From a virus (Duplodnaviria > Heunggongvirae > Uroviricota > Caudoviricetes), in IMG/VR virus record IMGVR_UViG_643692022_000009: a DNA stretch of 17,418 nt; one strand, written 5' to 3'. Positions within the stretch are counted from its first letter, which is position 1, and each line of letters opens with the position of its first letter. A program made the translations under genes and the position numbers. Positions 16,905-17,418 of the stretch are shown piece after piece. The notes under the pieces are model-generated. The model was not told the DNA's origin, searched no databases, and saw only the letters and a program-made list of their open reading frames with translations.

Positions 16905-17073
16905 TATTTCATGAATTTATGGCGTTCATTAATATTAAAAATTTATATTTTTGTTAATTGTTTATTTGTTTGTTGAATGTATTGAGTAGCAGTAATGACA
17001 ACTGCTTAGCGTATATCCGTGGTTTTACACGCATCGGGTCTTATTCAGGATGCAAGATATATGGAGATGAAAA

Positions 17074-17418
17074 ATGATACGAAAATCAAAAGAGATGGCC
17101 CGGACACCGGAGATCATTAACGACCTGGCTTTTCATGCATCGCAAGTTCTGATTGAAAGCATCAATCTCGACAGTTCATCGGCAGAAAATGTGGGCTTTG
17201 CCATTGCCGACCGAATGATGCGTAACTGGGGCGGACAAAGCATTTATTTCCCTAAGGGGATCTCCGGACGAGCATCGGAGCGTGACTACCAAATCTATAG
17301 CGAGTGCGATGGGCGCAACTACGCCGAATTAGCGAAGAAATATAATCTGACGCTGCAATGGATTTATAAGATTGTGAAGCGGGTGCACGCAGAAAAACAG
17401 CAGCAACGTCGGATGTAA
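17074..17418 (+). CDS. Mor/C-family transcriptional activator (phage Mu middle/late activator family), 114 aa
   Basis: C-terminal region 'WGGQSIYFPKGISGRASERDYQIYSECDGRNYAELAKKYNLTLQWIYKIVKR' parallels Mu Mor ('GGGQVYIPRGQALDSLIRDLRIWNDFNGRNVSELTTRYGVTFNTVYKAIRR'). Complete ORF ending in TAA at the window edge. Confidence 0.8.
   Translation: MIRKSKEMARTPEIINDLAFHASQVLIESINLDSSSAENVGFAIADRMMRNWGGQSIYFPKGISGRASERDYQIYSECDGRNYAELAKKYNLTLQWIYKIVKRVHAEKQQQRRM

Noticed and set aside
16772-16957. 61-aa plus-strand ORF in the AT-rich divergent intergenic region
   Set aside because: It overlaps the LexA box and candidate promoter elements, is extremely AT-rich with an I/L/Y/F/N-biased translation, and has no ribosome-binding site. 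It is more likely regulatory DNA than a gene.
1764-17418. Interpretation as a complete P2-like or Mu-like prophage
   Set aside because: No capsid, portal, terminase, integrase/transposase or replication genes occur in the window, and the lysis cassette directly abuts the tail module. A complete phage cannot be excluded without flanking sequence, so this is kept as the alternative to the tailocin hypothesis, not as the primary call.

Overview
Most of this window (about 1.76-16.5 kb) is one minus-strand contractile-tail gene cluster of the P2/Mu myovirus type. Reading in the direction of transcription it runs: holin-like membrane protein, SLT-domain lytic transglycosylase, membrane coiled-coil protein, two small tail-associated ORFs, sheath, tube, gpE-like chaperone, tape measure, gpU-like, gpX, gpD, spike gpV, then (after a strong intrinsic terminator) gpW, gpJ, gpI, tail fibre, tail-fibre assembly protein and a translationally coupled 151-aa ORF. 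No capsid, portal, terminase, protease/scaffold, integrase or replication gene is present in the window, and the lysis cassette abuts the tail module directly. A Mor/C-family activator is encoded divergently at the right edge, and the AT-rich region between it and the lysis genes carries a near-consensus LexA box. The best reading is an SOS-regulated phage-tail-like bacteriocin (R-type tailocin) or a head-less prophage remnant; this cannot be settled without the flanking sequence. Left of the tail module lie an AT-rich GT8-like glycosyltransferase with its own sigma70-like promoter (minus strand) and a Pol-beta-superfamily nucleotidyltransferase (plus strand, at the window edge). All functional calls rest on reading the ORF translations and on motif recall; no database search was run.
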